DNA of 64,000 nucleotides from Nautiliaceae bacterium (GTDB lineage: Bacteria > Campylobacterota > Campylobacteria > Campylobacterales > Nautiliaceae), in NCBI GenBank assembly GCA_027062625.1, contig JAMOSZ010000101.1:2272-66271 (forward strand), given 5' to 3'. This document shows positions 9,365-18,673 of this stretch, piece after piece (position 1 is the stretch's first letter; each line of letters starts with the position of its first letter). The notes under the pieces are model-generated. The model was not told where the DNA came from. It did no database searches and was given only the letters and a program-made list of their open reading frames with translations. The position numbers were made by a program, and so were the translations under genes.

Positions 9365-10489
9365 TTAAAATGTGTTTAATTTTGAAACATTAAACTCCAT
9401 TAAAACGTTATCCCCTTTTAAAATAGTAACACTTTTTTTACTTTTTGAGTAGTTAAGATACAAATCTCCTCTTTTAACTCCATAAAAATATAAACTCTTG
9501 CAAATACTCTCATTATTACACCTAACTTTTAAATTATAAGTTTTAAGCTTAGCTGCAAGAGGCTTTATAAAATAAAACTCATTACTTATTTTTCTTGCTG
9601 GGGTTAGATAATTTAAAAATAGAGTAATATCAAATAAAATTAAACTTCCAAACAAAACAACAAATAAAACTTTATACCCTCTTCTAAATCTTGGAAGCCT
9701 AACTCTATATGAATTAAAAAAAATCTTAATCATCCAAATAACATATGGCAATACAAAAGGAGCATAATCGTCAATTTTTATTCTTTGCCTAAATGAAAAC
9801 AAAAAAGAGATAATTAAAGCAGTAGATGAGATAAAAAAGATAACGTCTTTTTTATAAAAAAACGCTTTATAAATTGAATAGATAAAATAAAAAAAGACAA
9901 AAGGAGAAAAAATAAGAGTATAAACGAAAAAAACATCCAAAAAATATCCCCTTGGCTTTCCACCTATTTTGTAATTAAAATAATTTGCATTTACCATAAG
10001 CAAAATTAAAGCCAACACTAAAAGAAAATTATCTTTTTTATAAATAGCATAAAACAAAATCCCAACATAAAGAACAATAAAAGAACCATCTAAAACAGAA
10101 TAAAGAACCAACAAAAAATAAGATAAATAAGGATTAAACAAATAAACCCTTATAAAAAGCAAAACCAAAAAAAGAATGTAAATTGATTTATTGATAATCA
10201 ACGAAGAGATTATAAATCCTGGAATCAAAGCAAATATTATTGTTGCAAAGAGAAAATCTTTTTTTAAGACTTTTTTTGCGATTGAGAAAAAAAGCAAAAG
10301 AGAAAAAAAACTAACTAAAATTTGAGGAAATCTCAAAGCCAAATCATTTTTACCAAAAAAAGAGACACTAAGAGTAATAAGCTCTCTAAGCCAAGGCAAT
10401 TTCTCAATAGCCTCTACCTCAACACTACAAAAAGATAAATAAACTCCATACCACAAAAGAAATAAATAATAAAAAACAAAAAATATCAT
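9365..10489 (-). CDS. Polytopic membrane protein, possibly a GT-C (ArnT/PMT-like) glycosyltransferase
   Basis: 374 aa, very hydrophobic, with about 10 TM helices. FGKNDLALRFPQILVSFFSLLLFFSIAKK resembles the N-terminal loop motif of family-39/83 glycosyltransferases. This is a weak call. Confidence 0.4.
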   Translation of the reverse strand: MIFFVFYYLFLLWYGVYLSFCSVEVEAIEKLPWLRELITLSVSFFGKNDLALRFPQILVSFFSLLLFFSIAKKVLKKDFLFATIIFALIPGFIISSLIINKSIYILFLVLLFIRVYLFNPYLSYFLLVLYSVLDGSFIVLYVGILFYAIYKKDNFLLVLALILLMVNANYFNYKIGGKPRGYFLDVFFVYTLIFSPFVFFYFIYSIYKAFFYKKDVIFFISSTALIISFLFSFRQRIKIDDYAPFVLPYVIWMIKIFFNSYRVRLPRFRRGYKVLFVVLFGSLILFDITLFLNYLTPARKISNEFYFIKPLAAKLKTYNLKVRCNNESICKSLYFYGVKRGDLYLNYSKSKKSVTILKGDNVLMEFNVSKLNTF

Positions 10490-11052
10490 AACTTTAAAAA
10501 GTTACCTATAATCTCTTTTCCATATTCACTCATAATAGATTCAGGATGAAACTGCACTCCAAAAATTAGCTTATCTTTTACTCTAAGGCTCATTATTTCA
10601 TTATCATCTAAACTAAATGAAGTTGGGATTATACACTCTGGCAAATTCTTAGGATTTACTACCAAAGAATGATACCTCGTAACTCTAAAACTATCGGGTA
10701 TATTTTTAAAAATATCATCCTTAATTTTAACTTTTATATTACTTGTTTTACCATGCATTAAATTCTTAGCTCTTATTATCTCTCCTCCAAACGCATAAGC
10801 AATTGATTGATGTCCAAGACAAACTCCCAAAATTGGAGTATTGCTAAACGCTTTAATAACATCAACACTCACCCCAGCCTCTTTTGGAGTGGATGGTCCT
10901 GGGGAGATTATTATTTTTTTAGGATTTAACTTTTTAATCTCTTCAACACTCAACTCATCATTTCTTATTACTTTTAAATTTGCTCCAAGCTCTAAACAGT
11001 ATTGGACAATATTATAAGTAAAGCTATCATAATTATCTATCATTAAAACCAT
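10486..11052 (-). CDS. Class-I glutamine amidotransferase, component II of anthranilate / aminodeoxychorismate synthase (TrpG/PabA)
   Basis: 188 aa with MIDNYDSFTYN, the catalytic GVCLGHQ and the FHPES triad context. It is standalone and not in a trp operon, so PabA is plausible but not proven. Confidence 0.9.
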   Translation of the reverse strand: MVLMIDNYDSFTYNIVQYCLELGANLKVIRNDELSVEEIKKLNPKKIIISPGPSTPKEAGVSVDVIKAFSNTPILGVCLGHQSIAYAFGGEIIRAKNLMHGKTSNIKVKIKDDIFKNIPDSFRVTRYHSLVVNPKNLPECIIPTSFSLDDNEIMSLRVKDKLIFGVQFHPESIMSEYGKEIIGNFLKL

Positions 11053-11117
11053 TTATGCCCTTTTTTAAAAGAATTTTATCAAATTAAGTTATAATTCCAT
11101 CAAAAACGGAGTGAGGA

Positions 11118-12002
11118 ATGCAGAGTCTAAAAGAGAAACTAAAAAATAAATTAATAACACTTGAAACAACACCCCCAAAGCTTCCAACCATAAAACCAAT
11201 GATAGAAAAGCTACAAAAAAGCGAAGCTTATAAATATGTCGATGGATTCTCAACAACAGATTGTCCTCTTAGCAAATTAAAATTTAATTCCATAATAGCA
11301 GCATATAGACTCCAAGAAACTTTTAAAAAACCAGTAATTGCTACAATGACAATGAGAGATAGAAATTTAATTGCACTTCAAAGCGACTTACTTGGAGCAA
11401 ATGAACTTGATGTAACTCACATACTAGCAATTACCGGAGATAGCGTAAGAATTTCTGACCAAAAAGCAAAAGGGGTTTTGGAAGGAAATAGTCTTTTACT
11501 TTTAGAGATAATTGAAAAATTTAATAAAGGACAAGATTTTATGGGAAAAGAGTTTAAAATTCCACCAAAACCAATAACTCCATTTGCAGTAAGCAACTCT
11601 TTTGCTAAAAATTTCTCTTCAATTGAAAAAAAAATATACAAAAAAGCCTCTAAAAAAGCAGCAGCAATTATAACCCAGCCAATTTACAATATTGAAATAG
11701 CTAAAAAATTTATTGAAATAAGAGATAAGATAAAAAAAGAGTTTAGTGATTTTGAGATAGTTTTTGGGTTCTTTCCAATTACAAAACTAAAAACAGCCCT
11801 GTTTTTACAAAAAAATGTACCAGGAATTTATGTACCAAATGAATGGATTGAAAACTTACAAAAAGCTCAAAACGAAAAAGAGGAAGAATTAATCGGATTT
11901 GAAATGAGCAAAGAACTATTTAAAAAACTCTTTACTCTAAACCCTCGCATCCATATAATGACTGCAAACCACTTTGAGATAGTAAAAAAACTATTAGAAT
12001 GA
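11118..12002 (+). CDS. metF: Methylenetetrahydrofolate reductase (MetF family)
   Basis: 294 aa. The ETTPPK, TMRDRN and ILAITGD segments match the MTHFR TIM-barrel family pattern. Confidence 0.7.
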   Translation: MQSLKEKLKNKLITLETTPPKLPTIKPMIEKLQKSEAYKYVDGFSTTDCPLSKLKFNSIIAAYRLQETFKKPVIATMTMRDRNLIALQSDLLGANELDVTHILAITGDSVRISDQKAKGVLEGNSLLLLEIIEKFNKGQDFMGKEFKIPPKPITPFAVSNSFAKNFSSIEKKIYKKASKKAAAIITQPIYNIEIAKKFIEIRDKIKKEFSDFEIVFGFFPITKLKTALFLQKNVPGIYVPNEWIENLQKAQNEKEEELIGFEMSKELFKKLFTLNPRIHIMTANHFEIVKKLLE

Positions 12003-12872
12003 TTTTGAAAACTCTAACATATAAGTATCAGAAAATGTATCTTTGTCTCCTTCTTCAAAATAAGTTTTAGTATACTTAACTCCAACCCCTGTTGTTTTAT
12101 TAATTGAATAGTTAACTTTAATATATGCTTTTCCCTTATACTCATCATTTAAACTATAAACAACAAATCCTCCACTTTCTACCTTATAAGCATTTTTACC
12201 AATATTTCCACCAATTGTAGTAACCCAAGGACCCTGTGCATTAGTATATTTTGCTTCTGCATTTACATAATTCTTTTTGCCAGTTACATCTTTATCCGAA
12301 ATATTAATAAAATTAAGCTTAACCTCTACATAATGACTTCCACCAGGTGCATAATAATTTCCAAAATTCACTCCTCCAAAAAGAGTATATTGATTTACAT
12401 GAAAATTATTATACATTGAATAATAAAAATCAACTCCTGCATTATAAGCTAAATAAACATAATACATAACTCCACCAAATAATACTTTATCGTAATTATC
12501 CGGATTATCCTTTTGGTCAATAAAAACATTATGAATACCAACTTTATAATCCCAGTTATATCCTTGATAATAGTGAGCTGCAAAAGTTAAATCATATTGA
12601 TTCCAATCACTTGGATTATAAGTAGTAGTTATAGTAGAAGAAGGTGTGATAGGAACACTCTTAGTAATTGATTTATATTTAATTTTTAAATATTCACCAT
12701 CTAGTTCAAACTTAACAGGAAAATTATAATAACTTGCATAAATCCCAAATAAATCTGCATAATCCTTTGTAGATTTATCTCCATAATGAATATAAGCTCC
12801 ATAAGGCATTAGAGTACTTGTGCTCGCTGCAAAAGAAAGTGTTGCTACAACCGATAATAAAAATTTTTTCAT
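11994..12872 (-). CDS. Outer-membrane beta-barrel protein (function unknown)
   Basis: Signal peptide MKKFLLSVVATLSFA. The sequence is Y/G/N-rich with alternating hydrophobicity and a C-terminal ...EFSKSF with terminal Phe, as in OMP beta-barrels. Its start overlaps the preceding gene by 4 nt. Confidence 0.6.
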   Translation of the reverse strand: MKKFLLSVVATLSFAASTSTLMPYGAYIHYGDKSTKDYADLFGIYASYYNFPVKFELDGEYLKIKYKSITKSVPITPSSTITTTYNPSDWNQYDLTFAAHYYQGYNWDYKVGIHNVFIDQKDNPDNYDKVLFGGVMYYVYLAYNAGVDFYYSMYNNFHVNQYTLFGGVNFGNYYAPGGSHYVEVKLNFINISDKDVTGKKNYVNAEAKYTNAQGPWVTTIGGNIGKNAYKVESGGFVVYSLNDEYKGKAYIKVNYSINKTTGVGVKYTKTYFEEGDKDTFSDTYMLEFSKSF

Positions 12873-13462
12873 AATTGCTCCTTTAAATTAATTTTATATC
12901 CTAAATTTTTAATATTATCAACTTCAAATCCCTTTTTTCTAAGAGAAGAGATAATAACTTTAACCGAATTTAAAGAATCTATCCCTCTTACCCTATCAAC
13001 AATCTCTTCTTTACTTACAAACCTCTCTCTATTTTTTAATAGATAAAACAAAAGCTCCTTTTCTGCTAAGGTAAGATTTAAAAGCTCTTTATCTTTATAA
13101 ATATTGCCTGTTTGTAAATTTACCAAAAAATTACCCCATTTTACAATACCTGATTTAGCTTTAAACAACTTATTTTCAATATATTTTAGTCTATGCTTTA
13201 TTTTATACACTTCATCAAACTGATAACAAAAATCTCCAACGCTAAGCGCCTTTTTATAAATAACTTCATCCACAAAAGAAGCAATAAAAATAACATACCC
13301 TCTAATTAAATGTCTTGCTGCAAGCAAAGAAGAGAGAAAATCAAAATTGACTATTACTACGTCATAATCTTTTACTACCCTATCAAAAAACTCTTCTTCA
13401 CTGCTTACAAACTCTCCATTAAAATCAGCCCAATTTGCATAATCAAAAATTAAAACTCTCAT
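12869..13462 (-). CDS. OmpR/PhoB-type winged-helix DNA-binding protein with a degenerate receiver-like N-terminal domain
   Basis: The C-terminal LTLAEKELLFYLLKNRERFVSKEEIV...LRKKGF...GYKI is the trans_reg_C pattern. The N-terminal half lacks the DD pair and has VVIVNFDF where the phospho-acceptor (LxLLD) is expected. Confidence 0.65.
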   Translation of the reverse strand: MRVLIFDYANWADFNGEFVSSEEEFFDRVVKDYDVVIVNFDFLSSLLAARHLIRGYVIFIASFVDEVIYKKALSVGDFCYQFDEVYKIKHRLKYIENKLFKAKSGIVKWGNFLVNLQTGNIYKDKELLNLTLAEKELLFYLLKNRERFVSKEEIVDRVRGIDSLNSVKVIISSLRKKGFEVDNIKNLGYKINLKEQL

Positions 13463-14082
13463 TTGATAAGCTTTAAATAATATTTTGCACTAACATTTGT
13501 CGGATCTAAAATCAAAACATTTTCAAAAACACTTTTTGCTTTTTTAAAATCTTTTAAATTATAAAGACTCATTCCAAGATTTACAAGATATAAAACGCTT
13601 GTTGGATATAAAGAGAGCATTTTATAATCAATTTTTATCGCTTCTTTATACATTTTAAGCCCAATAAGAGCTGCTACATAATAATAATTGCCATAAAAAT
13701 TGTAATAATCAATCTGTTTAATAATAACTCCCCCAATCTCTACACTATTATTATATTTTTCCATAGCATTATAAACTCTCATAAGCCCAAGTTTTGGTTC
13801 AACTGCATAAGGATAAACCATAGAAGCAATCCTATAATGTTTTATAGCATTTTCATATCTTCGAGCTAAATAAAAAAGCCACCCAAGTCTTAAATTAATA
13901 GTATATCCATTTGGATAGAGTTTGTAAACTGGAATTAAAACTTTAATAGCATCTTTATAATCTCCCATCTTCTCATATTTATAAGATTGATAATAAGCAT
14001 CTTTTATTTCATCTTTTGTTAAATTATATTCCCCCCCAAATAAAAATACAAAACTAACTATAATAAGAAAAAGCTTTTTCAC
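13459..14082 (-). CDS. TPR-repeat protein with N-terminal signal peptide
   Basis: 207 aa with signal peptide MKKLFLIIVSFVFLFG. It carries repeated 34-residue A/Y/L patterns (YKDAIKVL, YENAIKHY, YKEAIKID, FKKAKSVFENVLILDPTN). Confidence 0.7.
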   Translation of the reverse strand: MKKLFLIIVSFVFLFGGEYNLTKDEIKDAYYQSYKYEKMGDYKDAIKVLIPVYKLYPNGYTINLRLGWLFYLARRYENAIKHYRIASMVYPYAVEPKLGLMRVYNAMEKYNNSVEIGGVIIKQIDYYNFYGNYYYVAALIGLKMYKEAIKIDYKMLSLYPTSVLYLVNLGMSLYNLKDFKKAKSVFENVLILDPTNVSAKYYLKLIK

Positions 14083-16090
14083 GATTTCTCCTTAACTCTT
14101 TATTTTTAAGTATTACCTTATCAAATCCTTTCTCATAAAAACTAAATCTAACCTCTCCAAATCTTGATTTTATAGACAATTTCTCTTTTTGATACTCCTC
14201 TTTTTGATTAAACAACTTATAATAAAAAGATAACAACACCTCTTTTATAATAAGTTCAACTCCCTTATATTTCAAATCAAGTGGTAACACATCACAAAAT
14301 TTAACATCCTTATTAATAAAAGGAACTCTTGGGACAAGTTTAAAAATTTCTTTTAAATACCCATCCCCGCCCTCATACTTATAAAAATAGAAAAACTTCT
14401 CAACTGAATAAAAATAAAGCCTATTATCTCCCTCTTTAAAATAAAACTCTCCATTTTCATTCATCCCTACTTTAAAACAAACCTTATCCACAACTTTCCC
14501 ATTCTCAATTACATCATAGCAATACTCATCATCCAAAATAAAAGTCATTCTAAGCTTCATTGATTTATCAACAGCCAAACACTCAATCTCTTCATCCTTT
14601 TTTGGAAGAGAGTAAAAATAAAGTCTATTATCTTTAATATACTCAACAAATTTAAAAGGCAAAGTTTCACTTCCAAGATATGGAGCCTTTTGGACTTGAA
14701 TATGAATATGAGGCTCAGGAGAGTATCCGCTATTTCCACATTTTCCTATAATATCGCCATACTTTACATAATCTCCAACTTTAAAAGGAATTGAATATTG
14801 CATAAGATGAGAAATTTCCACATAAAATCCACTATCACTTTTAATAATAACATAATTTCCCCAATTATTTTCTCTATCAACTTCCCCTATAAAATTATCC
14901 TTTAAATCACTTCTCATAGCAACAATATATCCACTAATAGGAGTAATAACTGGTTGCCCAAAAGCATAATAATCTTCCAAATAAAGTCCATCATTTGCAT
15001 AGGTTTTTCCATTTTTCTTAATTACAAAATCATACGCATACCTCCACTTACCCTTATGAGTCCACTCTCCATCAAAAGGTTGATATACACTCCACTTATT
15101 ATAAAAAGGAAGATAAATCTTTATATCCCGCCCACCAAACCTATAAATAGTGGATAAAAAATTAACTAAACTTCTCTCAGGGGTTGATTTAATATCAAAA
15201 TTAAAATATTCATATCCACTCCAATAAAGAAGCATTAAAAACAAAATAATAACAATATTAAAAGGCATAGTATAAACAGGCAAAGAGTATTGATTAAAAA
15301 AAACTTCCATTGCATCAATTAAGACAACACTTAAAATAACTCCAATTAAAGCTAAAAGATAATTTTTAATATTTGGAATTAAAAAAACTCCTCCAAGAGC
15401 TATTGCAATTAAAATAAAATTAAAATTATAAGGTGAGTTCACTGCTAAAAAGTAAGAAATAAAAAGAGAGTGAAAAAATACTCCAACCAAATACCCAATA
15501 ATAGCAAGCAAAAACATAATACGAGAATAAAAAAGAAAAATAAGCAAAATCAAAATCCCAACAATATTAAAAGGCAAAAACAAAATCGTCCCAAGAGATT
15601 TTAAAAAGTTTGATATTAAATCCGAATTAATAGTAATATCACTAAATAGCGTTCTATTGATAATATTGCTAAATAAAGAGTAATATTTCAAACTTGCAAG
15701 ATAAAAAATCATACTTACAAACGCAAAAGGCAAAGATAAAATAGGCAAATTCCAAGTTAAAAAAACTCTATTAAGTCCAAAAGAGAGTAAAAAAGTAAAA
15801 ATACCAAGAATAATACTTAATCCAATCGTTAATAAACTTACATCAAAATAAAACCCAATCCCCATCCCAACAAGCAAAGAATTATAAAGATAAAATCCAT
15901 ACTTTAAATAATAATCTCTAAGAGAAGTAAATTCAGCAAACACAATAGTAGAAATTAACGCAACAACTCCTAAAATCGCAACACTTTTAAAAACAAAAGA
16001 GATAAGAAAAAGAAAAATGCCTAGCTTATAACTTCTTAAAAATAAGATAGAAGCAAAAGGCTTAAAAAATATCTCTAACTTCTCTTTCAT
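14054..16090 (-). CDS. Fusion protein: urea-transporter-like polytopic membrane domain, M23 metallopeptidase domain and an uncharacterised C-terminal domain
   Basis: 678 aa. The first ~300 aa hold about 9-10 TM helices. The centre has M23 hallmarks (WRYAYDF..., GNSGYSPEPHIHIQV with HxH). The last ~200 aa contain a duplicated DNRLYFYS motif. Confidence 0.7.
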   Translation of the reverse strand: MKEKLEIFFKPFASILFLRSYKLGIFLFLISFVFKSVAILGVVALISTIVFAEFTSLRDYYLKYGFYLYNSLLVGMGIGFYFDVSLLTIGLSIILGIFTFLLSFGLNRVFLTWNLPILSLPFAFVSMIFYLASLKYYSLFSNIINRTLFSDITINSDLISNFLKSLGTILFLPFNIVGILILLIFLFYSRIMFLLAIIGYLVGVFFHSLFISYFLAVNSPYNFNFILIAIALGGVFLIPNIKNYLLALIGVILSVVLIDAMEVFFNQYSLPVYTMPFNIVIILFLMLLYWSGYEYFNFDIKSTPERSLVNFLSTIYRFGGRDIKIYLPFYNKWSVYQPFDGEWTHKGKWRYAYDFVIKKNGKTYANDGLYLEDYYAFGQPVITPISGYIVAMRSDLKDNFIGEVDRENNWGNYVIIKSDSGFYVEISHLMQYSIPFKVGDYVKYGDIIGKCGNSGYSPEPHIHIQVQKAPYLGSETLPFKFVEYIKDNRLYFYSLPKKDEEIECLAVDKSMKLRMTFILDDEYCYDVIENGKVVDKVCFKVGMNENGEFYFKEGDNRLYFYSVEKFFYFYKYEGGDGYLKEIFKLVPRVPFINKDVKFCDVLPLDLKYKGVELIIKEVLLSFYYKLFNQKEEYQKEKLSIKSRFGEVRFSFYEKGFDKVILKNKELRRNREKAFSYYS

Positions 16091-16094
16091 CTCT

Positions 16095-17429
16095 TTACTT
16101 TAAGTATTCAGGCAGTTTTTCTCTTCTTACAATATCCTCTAAGCTCTCAGCCTCTCTTATTAAGTGAGGAGTCCCCTCTTTATCAATCAATACAACAGCT
16201 GGGCGATATCTAATAAACTGCATCCACTGAGTCACATTATAAGCTCCAACTGGCCAGATTGTCATAACCGCTCCTCTTTTTAAAGGAGGTAGCATAATAT
16301 TTTCATTGATAATATCAATATTCATACAAAGAGGTCCGTTTATCTGACTTGGCTCATTTAATCCCTCATACCTTTTATCAAGGAAAATCTCAAAGTTATA
16401 CCAAAATGCAGTATACAAAAGATTAACCCCAGCATCTACAATATAACTCTCTTTTCCATCCGGGAGTCTCTTGCTTGCAAAAAGGGTTGTCAAAAGATAC
16501 CCAGCCTCATCAATCAACGCTCTTCCCGTTTCAAGATAGAGTTTTGGAAGTTTTCCTTTATTATGTTCATAAATGGCACTTGTAATTGCCTCTGCATACT
16601 CATCGGCACTTGGAACGATTACTTCTGGTGGCTGATAAACTCCTTTTAATCTATTCTTACTTGCAAATCCACCACCAACATCAATATACTCAATCCCATA
16701 TCCAAAGTCCTCTTCAACTCTATTTTTAAGCTGCACTAACTTCATTGTCTCATTTTTATACGCTTCTGTGCTTAGCATAAACGTTCCAATATGGGAGTGA
16801 AGCCCAGTTAAAATAAGTTTTTTACCCTCATAAATTCTCTTTATTGCATCATAAGCTTCCCCATTATCAATATTAAACCCAAACCTGCTCCACTGAGGAT
16901 AAACACCCGTATCCATATTACACCTAATAGCCACCGGAATCTCAACTCCAAGCTCATTAGCAATATCTTCAAGGTCGTTTATCTCATACCAATGGTCAAT
17001 ATGAATTTTTGCCCCCTCTTTTATAGCAACCATTAAAGCCTCTTTTGGTTTATAAGGTCCGTTAAAGATAATATCTTTTCCCTCAATTCCAAGGCGTCTT
17101 GCTTTTTGATACTCAAATTCACTAACTACCTCAGCCTTGCTTCCAAGTTTGTGAAACACTTTACAAATTGCATCAAGATAGTTTGTCTTATAACTCCACC
17201 AAAACTCAACATCTGGATATCTGCTTGAAAAAGCCTCTTTAAATTCACTATATTTCTCTTCAATCTGTCTTTGAGAAAAAACAAAAAGAGGACTTCCATA
17301 TTTTTCTGTAAGTTCTCTAACACTAACCCCATCAATTTCACTTTTTATCTTTTGAGCTTTTAGTGGGCTTCCATATTTACTCGCCAAATTAAAATCAACT
17401 CTATTAATTGTAGGTTTTACATATCCCAT
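16095..17429 (-). CDS. Fold-type III PLP-dependent decarboxylase (Orn/DAP/Arg decarboxylase family, LysA-like)
   Basis: 444 aa. The PLP-lysine context WSYKTN, the HSHIGT motif and the glycine loop DVGGGF are all present. Substrate is not assignable from sequence. Confidence 0.85.
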   Translation of the reverse strand: MGYVKPTINRVDFNLASKYGSPLKAQKIKSEIDGVSVRELTEKYGSPLFVFSQRQIEEKYSEFKEAFSSRYPDVEFWWSYKTNYLDAICKVFHKLGSKAEVVSEFEYQKARRLGIEGKDIIFNGPYKPKEALMVAIKEGAKIHIDHWYEINDLEDIANELGVEIPVAIRCNMDTGVYPQWSRFGFNIDNGEAYDAIKRIYEGKKLILTGLHSHIGTFMLSTEAYKNETMKLVQLKNRVEEDFGYGIEYIDVGGGFASKNRLKGVYQPPEVIVPSADEYAEAITSAIYEHNKGKLPKLYLETGRALIDEAGYLLTTLFASKRLPDGKESYIVDAGVNLLYTAFWYNFEIFLDKRYEGLNEPSQINGPLCMNIDIINENIMLPPLKRGAVMTIWPVGAYNVTQWMQFIRYRPAVVLIDKEGTPHLIREAESLEDIVRREKLPEYLK

Positions 17430-17438
17430 TTTCTCTCC

Positions 17439-18443
17439 TTAAAGTTCTTTTTGTGTTAAAAGTTTTGTAAAATCGCTAAAATCCCTCATAACCTCATCCA
17501 CATACCTTACATAAAGTTTTTCACAAGGGTATGTAAGTTTTTTTTCAACCTCTCTCCCTTGCATAATATCCACCATCATCTGTGGAAGGTTAACTCCAAG
17601 CATTGTCGCAAAATAAACCCAAGCCGGAAATCTTGGATTAATTTCAATTAAATAGATATCATCTCCACTTGCAATTGCTTCAAGTTCAAAAGCTCCCCTC
17701 CACTCACTAATTTCTACAAATTTATGGGCTAAATCAATTAACTTTTTATTATCAATACTAACAGCACTCCAAACTTTTCCAAGGTCAGTTGTCGTAAGTT
17801 TTTTAATTCCAACTCCTCCAAAAAGCTCTTTATTGGCAAGTCCTACATAGTTTATCTCAACTCCTTTTACAACTTCTTGCACTAAAAGCGGAAATCCCCA
17901 CTCATTTGAGATTTTATAAAAATATTCAATTGCTTCATCCAAAGAGTAAGCCATATAAGCTTTATAGTAATTTCCTTTTACCATTACAGGAAGCCCTATC
18001 TCTTTTACAGCCTTTACTAAATCATCAAGGCTTATAACTTCAATAGTTTTTGGATGTTTTACCCCAAGTTTTTTCACAAATTCTGGCAAGCATCTTTTCT
18101 CTCTCATCTCAAAATTTTTTAAACTCGGCAAAAAGGTGTTTATACCAAGTCTTTTTAACTCCTCTTGATTTTTAATATACAAAGGCAGCTCAGCATCCAA
18201 ATTTGGAATAACCGCTTCAATATCACTTTTTCTCTTTATTTCAAGAAGCCTTTCTTTTGTATCCTCCCAACCAACATTTGGAAAAGGCATAAGATAGACT
18301 TTCTCAAAAATCCCTTGATAAATCCCAGGCTCATTTACATCATAACTAAGCCCAATTAAATTATGTCCTTTTAGACTTTTAGCAACAGGCACGCCCGGTG
18401 CTGGATTGTCTGTATTATTAAGCCCACTAATTGCCACTCTCAT
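17439..18443 (-). CDS. ATP-grasp carboxylate-amine ligase (substrate unknown)
   Basis: 334 aa. It has the central ATP-grasp pattern (PVMVKG..., LVQEVVKG) and a C-terminal LIEINPRFPAW Mg-ATP loop. Its start overlaps the stop of the PqqD-like gene (ATGA). Confidence 0.8.
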   Translation of the reverse strand: MRVAISGLNNTDNPAPGVPVAKSLKGHNLIGLSYDVNEPGIYQGIFEKVYLMPFPNVGWEDTKERLLEIKRKSDIEAVIPNLDAELPLYIKNQEELKRLGINTFLPSLKNFEMREKRCLPEFVKKLGVKHPKTIEVISLDDLVKAVKEIGLPVMVKGNYYKAYMAYSLDEAIEYFYKISNEWGFPLLVQEVVKGVEINYVGLANKELFGGVGIKKLTTTDLGKVWSAVSIDNKKLIDLAHKFVEISEWRGAFELEAIASGDDIYLIEINPRFPAWVYFATMLGVNLPQMMVDIMQGREVEKKLTYPCEKLYVRYVDEVMRDFSDFTKLLTQKEL

Positions 18444-18673
18444 TTTATAAGCCCATATACTTTAAGTTTTATAAAAAAATCCTCAACATCAATATAAACC
18501 TCTCTCCAATCTATATTATACTTCTCAGCCAAAATCTTTACAATCTCTTCTTTACTTTTACCCTCTTTAATAAGCTCTATTATCTCTTTTGCAGTTTCGC
18601 TAAGCTGAAAACTAATTCCAAGAGATGGAATAAAAGCTACTCCATTCTCATCAATAATCATCTCATTAATCAT
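18440..18673 (-). CDS. PqqD-like small winged-helix protein (RiPP-recognition-element-type fold)
   Basis: 77 aa. LSETAKEIIELIKEGKSKEEIVKILAEKYNID...VYIDVEDFFIKLKVYGLI matches the PqqD-family pattern. A strong RBS (AAAGGAGG) lies 6 nt upstream of the ATG. Confidence 0.6.
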   Translation of the reverse strand: MINEMIIDENGVAFIPSLGISFQLSETAKEIIELIKEGKSKEEIVKILAEKYNIDWREVYIDVEDFFIKLKVYGLIK

